A program made the position numbers and the translations under genes. A DNA stretch of 53,534 nucleotides from an uncultured virus (IMG/VR IMGVR_UViG_3300011741_000001) (Duplodnaviria > Heunggongvirae > Uroviricota > Caudoviricetes), in the IMG/VR virus record IMGVR_UViG_3300011741_000001, positions 186,001 through 239,534 of that record; one strand, written 5' to 3'. The notes beneath the pieces were generated by a model. The model worked only from the letters and a program-made list of their open reading frames with translations. It made no database searches and was not told where the DNA came from. Shown here one piece after another: positions 9,077-17,416 of the stretch (positions within the stretch are counted from its first letter, which is position 1; every line of letters begins with the position of its first letter).

Positions 9077-10081
9077 CTATAAGAGCATCCCTAGCACGGC
9101 TACGCCGGCAGTAATAAATGCAGGGATTGCTTTCAATGATTCGGAACCGTCTTTACGTACGAATGAACGGCTCTCATAGTGGTCTTTCCGCTTCTCTACT
9201 CGAAGTTTCTCTTGGTTCTCACGCTCCCGCCAATACGCGCTCGTTTGCTCCTTGTCAATAGCCAGCTCTTGCAGGCGCAGTTTGTGTTCCAGTTCGAGGG
9301 TGTTCTTCCGACGGTCATGTTCTTCCTGTACCACCGCGATTTTCTGCTGCAGTTCAGTTTTCAATGCCGCCACTTCCGGAATCGCGTTCCGCCACTCGAA
9401 AGCACGGGCTGCTGCTTCGTCTTCAAATACCCGAAACGGCGAGATCAGGTCATCGAACCCGAACATAATGCCCTTGCCACCTTCCACACATTCTGCTTCG
9501 CGGATTATCATGTACACACCCGGCTCGTAGAACTTTGACCGCATAGGTTCCACTTGCACGAGGGTTGTATAATACCGCACCCACCGGAGACTTCTTTGGT
9601 CATCGTGCCGTTGCACGACCACCACACCCAGTACCAACGCATGGTTATTGCGCATCGATGTTTTGATCGGCGTGTTATCGAGCTGCACCGGGGCGATGGA
9701 GAATGCCAGACCCAGCTTTTGCACCACCAACAACTCACCGTACAACAGAGCCGTCACATCGTCGACCACATACATCAATGTACATTCACCACGACTCTTC
9801 AGGTCGTTTTCCAACTGCGGTTTCAGCTTCGCATTTACCGCATCCAGTAGCCCTGTAAGGTTACCGCCGCGATACCGCACCCGATAGGTCACGTAAACCA
9901 CAATGCCCTGTAAGGACACGCTACGCTCTTCAGGATTGACCACCACATGTCCACCACTGGGTTCTGTCACGTAGACAGGCACACCTGTGTTGTTGATGTA
10001 GGTAAAGCTTTTACTGACACCGCCGTGGTTGACCGGATAAGGTACAATGCTCGGTTCCAAATCTAAATTGATACGATTCAT
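9077..10081 (-). CDS. Conserved hypothetical protein (phiKZ gp122-like) with coiled coil and C-terminal hydrophobic anchor, 334 aa
   Basis: ORF directly upstream of the RNAP gene; E/K/R-rich helix, ends FITAGVAVLGMLL. Confidence 0.7.
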   Translation of the reverse strand: MNRINLDLEPSIVPYPVNHGGVSKSFTYINNTGVPVYVTEPSGGHVVVNPEERSVSLQGIVVYVTYRVRYRGGNLTGLLDAVNAKLKPQLENDLKSRGECTLMYVVDDVTALLYGELLVVQKLGLAFSIAPVQLDNTPIKTSMRNNHALVLGVVVVQRHDDQRSLRWVRYYTTLVQVEPMRSKFYEPGVYMIIREAECVEGGKGIMFGFDDLISPFRVFEDEAAARAFEWRNAIPEVAALKTELQQKIAVVQEEHDRRKNTLELEHKLRLQELAIDKEQTSAYWRERENQEKLRVEKRKDHYESRSFVRKDGSESLKAIPAFITAGVAVLGMLL

Positions 10082-10121
10082 CGGCTAATCCAGTTTTTAC
10101 TAGCAACAGACTTCACCTTAA

Positions 10122-10133
10122 TAACATCTATCT
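10122..10133 (-). promoter_or_regulatory. Putative phage early promoter, AGATAGATGTTA variant
   Basis: One mismatch to the 12-mer found at 11638, 19982 and 29160; flanks also resemble the 19982 copy. Confidence 0.6.
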
Positions 10134-10176
10134 CAAATTACTTCGAACGCGGGCACATAGAGACAGATGTAAATGT

Positions 10177-10210
10177 AAAAAAGAAGAACCCTCCTTTATC
10201 GGGAGGGTTC
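10177..10210 (-). terminator. Intrinsic terminator
   Basis: Stem gaaccctcc...ggagggttc with a U-tract on the minus strand. Confidence 0.8.
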
Positions 10211-10218
10211 ATCAGTAT

Positions 10219-10908
10219 TTATTTGTCTTTGAATGCCAGTCGTAACACCGCGGATAACTCCGCCAGTTGGTATTTATCGAGACGGGCGAGTTCTACTTGA
10301 CCACTCGGCCACGTCACGTTAAAGGCGATATCGCGGGTGCTGATAAAGCTCGAGTTGGTTACCTCATCGAGTTTGCCGGCAAGCTCCCCGATCGTGCTGC
10401 TGGTTTTGGCCGTGATACGTGCGGTCGTAAACAACGAGATCTCTGCATCGAGTACAGCGAACCCACACTCCCAATCCCGCGCGTCGAATATCAGTGCGGG
10501 CGGTTCGGTACACGGTTCTCGCCAGTCCTGCTGCACGAATGTTTCGAAACGCTCACGCAGTCGCGAAGCCAACGAAGCACTGTCATTACCGTACTCTTCC
10601 GTTGGGGAGAATTTCAGGGTCAGGGTTTCAAGGTGTGCCACCCGTATTGCTTTCGTCCATGCCTTATCACCGTGACGGGTCAGCAACTGTACCAGACCAC
10701 ACAGCGCCCTATACTCTCGTTCGGTAATCCACACGTGGGCGATATCTGAAGAACGTGTATTACCCGCTATGGGTGAATGCTGATAACGGGGTTTAATTCT
10801 CGCCTCAATGTAGTGACTCTTTCTGTCGGTGTCGTAATACACCCGCCGGATATCAGCGATGTCGGTATCACCGCGGATGGCGGCTTCCATTATTGGGTTG
10901 GTCATCAT
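10219..10908 (-). CDS. Hypothetical protein, 229 aa, probable paralog of the next gene
   Basis: AGGAG SD; shares H.[IL]EA and E.E[YF].AL....LLT motifs with 10914-11594. Confidence 0.7.
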   Translation of the reverse strand: MMTNPIMEAAIRGDTDIADIRRVYYDTDRKSHYIEARIKPRYQHSPIAGNTRSSDIAHVWITEREYRALCGLVQLLTRHGDKAWTKAIRVAHLETLTLKFSPTEEYGNDSASLASRLRERFETFVQQDWREPCTEPPALIFDARDWECGFAVLDAEISLFTTARITAKTSSTIGELAGKLDEVTNSSFISTRDIAFNVTWPSGQVELARLDKYQLAELSAVLRLAFKDK

Positions 10909-10913
10909 GGCTC

Positions 10914-11594
10914 CTAGCGAATCAAGTCTTCAGCGATGCGGGCTAAACCTAAGCGGTCAGCCTGCTGTAATACGTTCAGGTCTCCAAGCCCATTACGGAG
11001 CTGGAGGTCGTAACCACCGTCTGGGGCACTGCCCATGGCGATAATACCCAACAGACGGTCTGCCAGTACCACAGAGGCAGGGGCCAAAGCATGGAAGGCC
11101 GGGGTTTGTTCTAACTGGTATTCCGAAACGTAGTGACCCCGTTGTTCGTCTAACAGTGGTGCCTTGGTAAAATACCAACGCTCGCTGGCGTACTCTGGCG
11201 AGCGGCGTAATGCTGTACCATACGGCCCTACCCAACAGTTCTCATCGCCACCCTTACCAAAAGGTAGTTCTACGCCAAAGCCAAGTTTCTGCCACATCTG
11301 GGTAGCGCACTCTGCCACGGTACGCTGTTCACCACTGAAGTAGGTCTGAACGGTAAAGATGCGATCGCCCAGAAAGAGGCGCGGGTGACTTATCTTGTTT
11401 TCGGTGTCGGTGGTCAACAGTTCTAACCACTTTAACAGGGCGTGGAATTCGACCTCACGTAGATAGAAGTTCAGACGACCGCGTTCGTCTTCGCGATTGG
11501 CTTCGAGGTGGTGTATTTTACCACCACACACCGTGGTGTGAAACGTCATCGGATTCAACTCCGCAACCGGTGGATGGGAACGTTCGACAAACAT
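10914..11594 (-). CDS. Hypothetical protein, 226 aa
   Basis: Start reassigned to ATG 11594 (MFVERSH) behind AAGGAG and the promoter motif. Confidence 0.7.
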   Translation of the reverse strand: MFVERSHPPVAELNPMTFHTTVCGGKIHHLEANREDERGRLNFYLREVEFHALLKWLELLTTDTENKISHPRLFLGDRIFTVQTYFSGEQRTVAECATQMWQKLGFGVELPFGKGGDENCWVGPYGTALRRSPEYASERWYFTKAPLLDEQRGHYVSEYQLEQTPAFHALAPASVVLADRLLGIIAMGSAPDGGYDLQLRNGLGDLNVLQQADRLGLARIAEDLIR

Positions 11595-11637
11595 GTTGAT
11601 ACTCCTTATAAAAGAAAGAATGCGTAGTACACAGAGA

Positions 11638-11649
11638 TAATATCTATCT
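11638..11649 (-). promoter_or_regulatory. Putative phage early promoter AGATAGATATTA
   Basis: Exact 12-mer repeated at 19982 and 29160, always intergenic and upstream of minus-strand accessory genes. Confidence 0.65.
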
Positions 11650-11651
11650 CT

Positions 11652-11690
11652 AAAAAAATAAAAGTAAACCCACACCCCGAAGGGTGTGGG
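11652..11690 (-). terminator. Capsid gene terminator with UUCG loop
   Basis: cccacaccc-ttcg-gggtgtggg then a U-rich tract. Confidence 0.85.
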
Positions 11691-11712
11691 ATACTTCTAC
11701 AACCGTGACTGA

Positions 11713-14073
11713 TTAAACAGTCTGGTTAGCGTTAGGACGGCTAGCCTGGTTGTTTACGTTAGCGCTGGTCGGTGCTGCGCCGGTAGAAGTGGTCTGGGTA
11801 TTACCCGCGCCAGTAGTACCGTTACCTGCACCTACATCGCCTACATCAGAACCCGCTGGAGTAGCTTCTTCAGTAACCACGTAGAACGCCAGACGCTGCT
11901 CGACGTACTTAGTGATACCTTTGATCCAGATGATGCCGGTGATTGGGCAATGGCAGATGTGCGCGTTACGTGGCTGTACGGCCAGTTCTTTAGACGTCGC
12001 ACCGTTACGCTGGATGTTGATGTTGGTTACCATGATCGGAGACCAGAAGTGGTTACCCCAGTTCAGAACACAGTAAGAGCCATCTTCAACAGAACCAACT
12101 TTCAGGAACCACTGCAGACGACGAGTCCAGCTACCGTCAGCTTCGTTCTTGATTCTCCAACGGTCATCGTTGGTGGTGATGATGTCGAACTCGTAGCGGT
12201 CGCCCAGCAGACGCTGGTCACCCATGTACAGCAGCAGCATTGCAGCAGTCGGTTCGTCGGTCGCGATGATGATACGCGGCAGAGCATCCGGGTTCGCGGT
12301 CAGCAGGCGCAGAGCCGGCATGTAGCGGCTGTCCTGAATTGCACGGGTTACCTGGTCGCCCAGACGCTGCATCAGACCCTGACGGGCGTTGATCAGCGCG
12401 TCTTTAGTTTCCATTGACTGGATAACTTTGGACACATCGAAGTCAGTCTCATCGTACCACGCGCCAACCCAGTGACGGCCCAGACCACGGATAGCAGGTT
12501 TATCCCACTGAGTTACCATGGTTTTGTAAACGTCACGCACGGCTTCAGAGTAGTTGATGGTCTGGGTGATGGCCAGCATTTCGTTACGGATGTTCACCGC
12601 AGAAACGAGGTCGTCCAGACGCTCAGCGTCGTCATACTCAACACCGACCGGAGATTTGGTCAGGATTGGTGAACCGTACTGCAGCTTGTAGTTCTCTTGC
12701 TCCCAGACTGGGTCCAGCAGCAGGCCCTGAGTACGACGGTTCTCGTTGGTACGAGTACCATCGAAACGCCAGCCAACCAGCTCGATTTTGATGTTGTCAA
12801 GAATAGTCTTAACAGAACCCGTTTCGATCGGCAGGTAAGTACCAGTTGAGTCAACCACCGCGTCAACGCGCAGAGATTTACCGCTGATTTCAACCTGACC
12901 AGAGCGCTGACCGTTGGTGAACAGGCTCATGCTGATGTTGATAACGTACTGCAGGGTGTAGTCGTTCTGATCCAGAGCTTCCAGAGCTGGGATGGTATCA
13001 CCTTTCCAGTCCTGAGAGCTGCCGTTCATGGAGAAGCGAGTGTGACGGAACTGGAGCACCAGCTCACGGCCATCACCTTCAGCAGGACGCTGGAACGAAG
13101 CGAACTGCATGTCACGGGTCTGCAGTTTGAACAGAGAACCGTCTTTTACTTCTTCGCCGGCTTTACGCACAGACAGCAGCAGTGAACCCATTGCCGCGCC
13201 CGGTGCGATTTCGTCGGTTTCGTCGTAGCCTTCAGCCACGATACCTGGGTGAGCAGACAGACGGAACAGGTTCAGGTTGTCTTTCTCAAAGCTCAGGTAG
13301 TTAGTCGGGTACGCAGGTACGCGGCCCAGACGAACGGTTTCGTTAGCAATCACAGTTGCTGGCACGAAGAACTCAGCGTTGCCGCCGTCTTCCATCACGT
13401 AAGGTACGATGCGGATGGCGTCATCCTGCAGCACTTTGTGGTTGGACAGGGCGTTATGCAGCGGCTGACGATCATCAACCACACTGTCTTTAGACAGCAG
13501 CGCGTTCAGAATACCACGGGTAACGGTGGTGATTTTGGTGCGCACGGTAATACCAACATCGTTGTTTTCAACGGTGATGGTTGGGAACAGGGTTTCTGCG
13601 AAGCGAGACTGGGTTTCCAGCGCGCGAACGTTCAGAGTCCAAGTCAGACCCAGGTTTTTATCCAGATCTTTGTTGGTGTAATACTCGGTCGCTACCAGCG
13701 GCGTTTTGCCGTAGTCAGCAGACATAGAGGCTGAGCCCGGGATGTCAGCAGACAGATAGTTAGCGTACTTCGGATTAGACGACTCTTGTGCTACTTTGGT
13801 CATGTAGCCATCAAGGTCACCTGCTGCTGCCAGAATCATGGCAGAAGCTACTTTCGAGGCGTGGCTCATTTCGCGGCCCGCGAACAGTTTGCCAAATTGC
13901 GCCTGCGCACTGTCAGTCACTGCGCCGAATGCGTGGTTGTTGGTACGGATGGATTCACCCGCTACAACGGTTTTCCACAGATCAGCAGCATTGGTGCCGG
14001 AAGCGCTGTTTGCAGCCAGAGTATTACCCGCGGCAATCATCTCTTCCAGTTGGGAGATTCGAGTATCTTTCAT
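11713..14073 (-). CDS. Major capsid protein (phiKZ gp120 / SPN3US gp75-like), 786 aa
   Basis: Strong high-expression codon bias; propeptide with AGE-40, AQE-97, ATE-130; FAETLFPTI and N.RR.QGLLLD motifs; synteny with the helicase. Confidence 0.88.
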   Translation of the reverse strand: MKDTRISQLEEMIAAGNTLAANSASGTNAADLWKTVVAGESIRTNNHAFGAVTDSAQAQFGKLFAGREMSHASKVASAMILAAAGDLDGYMTKVAQESSNPKYANYLSADIPGSASMSADYGKTPLVATEYYTNKDLDKNLGLTWTLNVRALETQSRFAETLFPTITVENNDVGITVRTKITTVTRGILNALLSKDSVVDDRQPLHNALSNHKVLQDDAIRIVPYVMEDGGNAEFFVPATVIANETVRLGRVPAYPTNYLSFEKDNLNLFRLSAHPGIVAEGYDETDEIAPGAAMGSLLLSVRKAGEEVKDGSLFKLQTRDMQFASFQRPAEGDGRELVLQFRHTRFSMNGSSQDWKGDTIPALEALDQNDYTLQYVINISMSLFTNGQRSGQVEISGKSLRVDAVVDSTGTYLPIETGSVKTILDNIKIELVGWRFDGTRTNENRRTQGLLLDPVWEQENYKLQYGSPILTKSPVGVEYDDAERLDDLVSAVNIRNEMLAITQTINYSEAVRDVYKTMVTQWDKPAIRGLGRHWVGAWYDETDFDVSKVIQSMETKDALINARQGLMQRLGDQVTRAIQDSRYMPALRLLTANPDALPRIIIATDEPTAAMLLLYMGDQRLLGDRYEFDIITTNDDRWRIKNEADGSWTRRLQWFLKVGSVEDGSYCVLNWGNHFWSPIMVTNINIQRNGATSKELAVQPRNAHICHCPITGIIWIKGITKYVEQRLAFYVVTEEATPAGSDVGDVGAGNGTTGAGNTQTTSTGAAPTSANVNNQASRPNANQTV

Positions 14074-14074
14074 T

Positions 14075-14617
14075 TCACAATACCTTGTTAAGTAAATGAC
14101 ATGCGTAAATTTGCGTCAGCACTTCATGGGCAGCAAACTGCGTTGATGTACTATACGAATCATCCACGACACGGGTCTTGGTACGCACATATTTAAAAAG
14201 TTCTGCGCAGAACGTCTTCTTTGCAGCCGCATCATCGGTTACGGAGAAACTCGCGGACGAGTGGTGGGGTTTCGCAACTGACAACGAAGCTACAATCATA
14301 TCATCACGTTGGACGAAGACCCAACGTAACGATTCATCGCATGCTGCCCCATATAAATCAGCAAGACACGCTTCTGAACCTGACTCAACCAAGTTCAACA
14401 CTTGGTCATAGTATTTACTAGGCTCTGACGGCGTGGCCATCAGGGCACGGAATAACGTGACGGGCGCAGACTCAGGCAGAATCTTCGAGCTGAATCCTTG
14501 CGGGCAGTCATATAACCAGTTAAAGAACTCCGCTTGCAGCAAATCTAACTTTTTACTGGCTGCCACTTTATCTATGTTAGGCAGAGTTTCCCACATTGGG
14601 GTAAAACGAATTCGCAT
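14075..14617 (-). CDS. Probable virion protein upstream of the capsid gene (phiKZ gp119-like), 180 aa
   Basis: Start reassigned to ATG 14617 (GGAG 9 nt upstream); stop lies 1 nt before the capsid ATG. Confidence 0.65.
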   Translation of the reverse strand: MRIRFTPMWETLPNIDKVAASKKLDLLQAEFFNWLYDCPQGFSSKILPESAPVTLFRALMATPSEPSKYYDQVLNLVESGSEACLADLYGAACDESLRWVFVQRDDMIVASLSVAKPHHSSASFSVTDDAAAKKTFCAELFKYVRTKTRVVDDSYSTSTQFAAHEVLTQIYACHLLNKVL

Positions 14618-14630
14618 TGAAGGATGCTCC

Positions 14631-16199
14631 ATGAATAGTAAAATGATGTTGATAACAGCCTTAGCCACGCTACACGCGGAGAGCCTTCTGAACGACCCGG
14701 TCACTGACCATGACGTCATAAGAAGAATGCTGCTTGAGGCCAAGCTACCGGAGTACGTCGAAGAAGGCGACGAACGGTCAGCGTTAGTCGAGATCAAGGA
14801 CATTATCACATCCATCGTTGACAGCGGTGTCGAGTACAACCACACCAATGTCATGAAGCGCCTCAAATTGGCCACGACGCAAACACGTCCTCTATACGAT
14901 ACGATTATCACCTATCTGGAAGACGATAAAGAAGTACCGGAAGAACCGGAAGCCTTACGTGATTATCGTCAGAAGCTTATTGGCTCGTATTACTTCCAGA
15001 TGCGTCAAACTATCCAGGCGGTGTCAATCAAGCAACAGCTGGGCCGGGCATGGGGTGCGGTTAACGGCACCGAGACACGCATAGACACGGCCACAGCCCT
15101 CAACGAACTGAAAAACACACTGTCTGCGTTCGGTGAACGCGCTCATAATAAGATTCCAAGCTTAGTGGGCGAATTAATCACCAACAACACGGCACCGTTC
15201 GTAAAAGTCTTCAACGACATTAACCGTAAAGCGGCGGGTAATGGATTGAAAACCGGGTGGCAAGATATCAATACCATGCTGGGCTGTAACAAAGGGATTA
15301 CCAACGAGCTGTGGTTAATGCCAGCGTTACCGTTTAACTGTAAGTCGCTGTTCAGTATTCTGCTGTCACTCGGGATTCCGTTATTCAACAGTCCTGATGA
15401 AATCATGCGTGATGTACCGGGAACCTTAATCCCGACGATTCTCGACTTGAGCTTCGAGAATGAGCTGGACGTGAACACCGCGTACGGCTACCAACAGATT
15501 TACGGTCACTACGAAGGGGTTGCCCCGATGTTGACTATGCCTGAGAATGCCACCGAGGAAGAGAAAGGTGCGCACACTCAGAAGATGGCGGACTACCTGT
15601 GTGGTAAGATTCGTCAGAACGGTTGGGAGTATGCTTTCCAGAAGCACACGAACACCGACTTTAAAGTTCATTACCTCCGTGACATTATCTCTGACCTGAA
15701 GCAACGCGGGTTCCATGTCGTGGGGTTACGTGGCGATTACTTCGGCACAATCAACAAAGCTGGACACGGCAACGGTATTGCGGGCACAGACATCAAAGAA
15801 ATCTATCGCATCGTCCGTAACATCATGGTTGTCGGCCAGAAAGGTTTTGCATTAGCGCCCCATCAGATTTCTCCAGCCGGGAAACAGGCGAAAGCCTTAG
15901 ATCCCATCGGGTTCTGTAAGAGCCTTCCAGGTCGTGGTCTCTACGACAACTGTACCAGCCTTGACAACGAGGCTGATGGCGAAATGTTTTTCAACAAGCG
16001 TGTGGTTAACGGCCACAGCTACCTCGAGGTGCAACGAGGGAAACACCGCACCATTATCGATACGCCTGAGAAGCATCACTACACAGTGCTGCCCTTCGCT
16101 GACGTTGGCATCCTACCATGGGATGTAGATAGAGAAAACAAAGTCTCCGCCTCCTCAATCAACCACTTTACCGGTGGCATGGGCGATGATTTGTTCTAA
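14631..16199 (+). CDS. dnaB: Replicative DnaB-like helicase (phiKZ gp118-like), 522 aa
   Basis: GLKTGW..IN.MLG, diverged Walker A (ALPFNCKS), SFEN, DY Walker B, HQIS, RGKHR. Start set at ATG 14631 after AAGGA. Confidence 0.85.
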   Translation: MNSKMMLITALATLHAESLLNDPVTDHDVIRRMLLEAKLPEYVEEGDERSALVEIKDIITSIVDSGVEYNHTNVMKRLKLATTQTRPLYDTIITYLEDDKEVPEEPEALRDYRQKLIGSYYFQMRQTIQAVSIKQQLGRAWGAVNGTETRIDTATALNELKNTLSAFGERAHNKIPSLVGELITNNTAPFVKVFNDINRKAAGNGLKTGWQDINTMLGCNKGITNELWLMPALPFNCKSLFSILLSLGIPLFNSPDEIMRDVPGTLIPTILDLSFENELDVNTAYGYQQIYGHYEGVAPMLTMPENATEEEKGAHTQKMADYLCGKIRQNGWEYAFQKHTNTDFKVHYLRDIISDLKQRGFHVVGLRGDYFGTINKAGHGNGIAGTDIKEIYRIVRNIMVVGQKGFALAPHQISPAGKQAKALDPIGFCKSLPGRGLYDNCTSLDNEADGEMFFNKRVVNGHSYLEVQRGKHRTIIDTPEKHHYTVLPFADVGILPWDVDRENKVSASSINHFTGGMGDDLF

Positions 16200-16358
16200 C
16201 CGATACCCGAGAGCTACGGCTCTCGGGTGTGGCAAACGGTCCGTCCTGACAACGTTGGTATGGCAGAGGCAATGTCGCCCTGTCTAACGTGAAAATCGAC
16301 TGTCATGTTCTAGTTTTTACCCTGCCTACGGACGGGCAGGGTCTTTCTTTATTTTTTG
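16200..16358 (+). ncRNA. Candidate structured RNA or 3' UTR element ending in a terminator
   Basis: Three hairpins in about 160 nt (16205-16228, 16252-16290, 16319-16342 plus T-tract); no ORF. Confidence 0.35.
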
Positions 16359-16440
16359 GCAAAAAAAAAACAGCGGTGGTGTATTCTATGTGGGTAGACT
16401 AACCCGGTGTTACAGCACCGGGTTAGAGAGTGGCTACCTA

Positions 16441-16590
16441 TTAGTTTTTGTTGAAGATAATCTCACCTCCAAGTCCTTTTAGTACGTTGCTGTTACGTTG
16501 GGTTGGGCCCTGTTGTAACTGCTGCACCCGTTGCTGATAAGACTGCTGTTGGTTGAGCGCACGTTGTAAATGTTCTTTAAAGGATTGCAT
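16441..16590 (-). CDS. Gln-rich microprotein, 49 aa (MQSFKEHLQRALNQQQSYQQRVQQLQQGPTQRNSNVLKGLGGEIIFNKN)
   Basis: Manually translated; GAGG SD; long hairpin (16392-16440) directly after the stop. Confidence 0.55.
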   Translation of the reverse strand: MQSFKEHLQRALNQQQSYQQRVQQLQQGPTQRNSNVLKGLGGEIIFNKN

Positions 16591-16618
16591 AGTTGAACCT
16601 CGGTTCATGTTGTGATAC

Positions 16619-16652
16619 GTTCTCCCTTCGGGGAGAACACCTTTTATTTTTT
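16619..16652 (+). terminator. Plus-strand UUCG terminator with no plus-strand gene directly upstream
   Basis: gttctccc-ttcg-gggagaac followed by ttttatttttt. Confidence 0.65.
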
Positions 16653-16671
16653 CGCAATGAAAAAATAAATT

Positions 16672-16697
16672 AAAAAGGCACCCCCGAAGGAGTGCCT
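16672..16697 (-). terminator. UUCG terminator
   Basis: Minus strand aggcactcc-ttcg-ggggtgcct-tttt. Confidence 0.8.
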
Positions 16698-16702
16698 GTT
16701 GT

Positions 16703-17353
16703 TTACGCTATCCAGCCGAGCTTGCGACCATTGGCTCTGAACTTCTCCAGACCCAGCTCTAGCCCTTCCTGATAATGTTCGTCCCAACCAAAGCTTTTCG
16801 AAAATGACAGCGACTGGTCGTCCACACGAATATCCGTACTAAATGATACCTGGCGGTTTGTGTGGTCTAGCATGCAATGGAATGTCATTTTTCCATCGGT
16901 AAACGTGTAAAGTGGTACACCACCTAAGAAGCACACGCCCTTGGAAAACTTATCTGCAAAGGTGTACCCGCTCTCTTTGTCAACAATCTTCTCTAGCATT
17001 GCGTCCAGCTCCATGGACTTGTTGTAGCTGCGGTTCACCTGTCTGACCAGATCGAACAGCTGCTCTAAGTATTTATAACGGTCGGTTGCGTTCCATGTGG
17101 TGGCGATAAGCTGACGCATTCCGTCGGCCAACACACGTAGCATTGTGTCCCCTAAACGTTCTTCATCAGCTGTCGTGGAGAGGCAGAACGTGGTGTCCTC
17201 GAACACCAACCCAACGACAATGATGCCGTTATTTTGCTTTTCGTGATGCAGTTCCCAGCGCTCATCTGGAGAGATAACACAGTGACCCCACTCATCAAAA
17301 GCGTGAGTGTCAGGGGTGGTAGACCAGAATTTCAATAAGTCGATGCGTGTCAT
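16703..17353 (-). CDS. Hypothetical protein, 216 aa
   Basis: AAGGAG SD; flanked by terminators; weak similarity to 17417-18448. Confidence 0.75.
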   Translation of the reverse strand: MTRIDLLKFWSTTPDTHAFDEWGHCVISPDERWELHHEKQNNGIIVVGLVFEDTTFCLSTTADEERLGDTMLRVLADGMRQLIATTWNATDRYKYLEQLFDLVRQVNRSYNKSMELDAMLEKIVDKESGYTFADKFSKGVCFLGGVPLYTFTDGKMTFHCMLDHTNRQVSFSTDIRVDDQSLSFSKSFGWDEHYQEGLELGLEKFRANGRKLGWIA

Positions 17354-17374
17354 GAATAAGACTCCTTACGGTTT

Positions 17375-17408
17375 AAAAGAAAGAACCCCTACTCCGATGA
17401 GTAGGGGG
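17375..17408 (-). terminator. Intrinsic terminator
   Basis: Stem cccctactc/gagtagggg with a U-rich tract on the minus strand. Confidence 0.8.
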
Positions 17409-17416
17409 TATAACAT

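Noticed and set aside
14433..14911. Apparent long head-to-head overlap of the helicase and its neighbour
   Set aside because: Caused by the ORF caller taking the farthest start; SD-backed ATGs at 14617 and 14631 remove it.
16246..16305. Hammerhead-like CTGAC..stem..GAAA arrangement
   Set aside because: Core reads CUGACAA rather than CUGANGA, and no properly placed stem I, stem III or UH site was found; kept only as a generic structured-RNA candidate.
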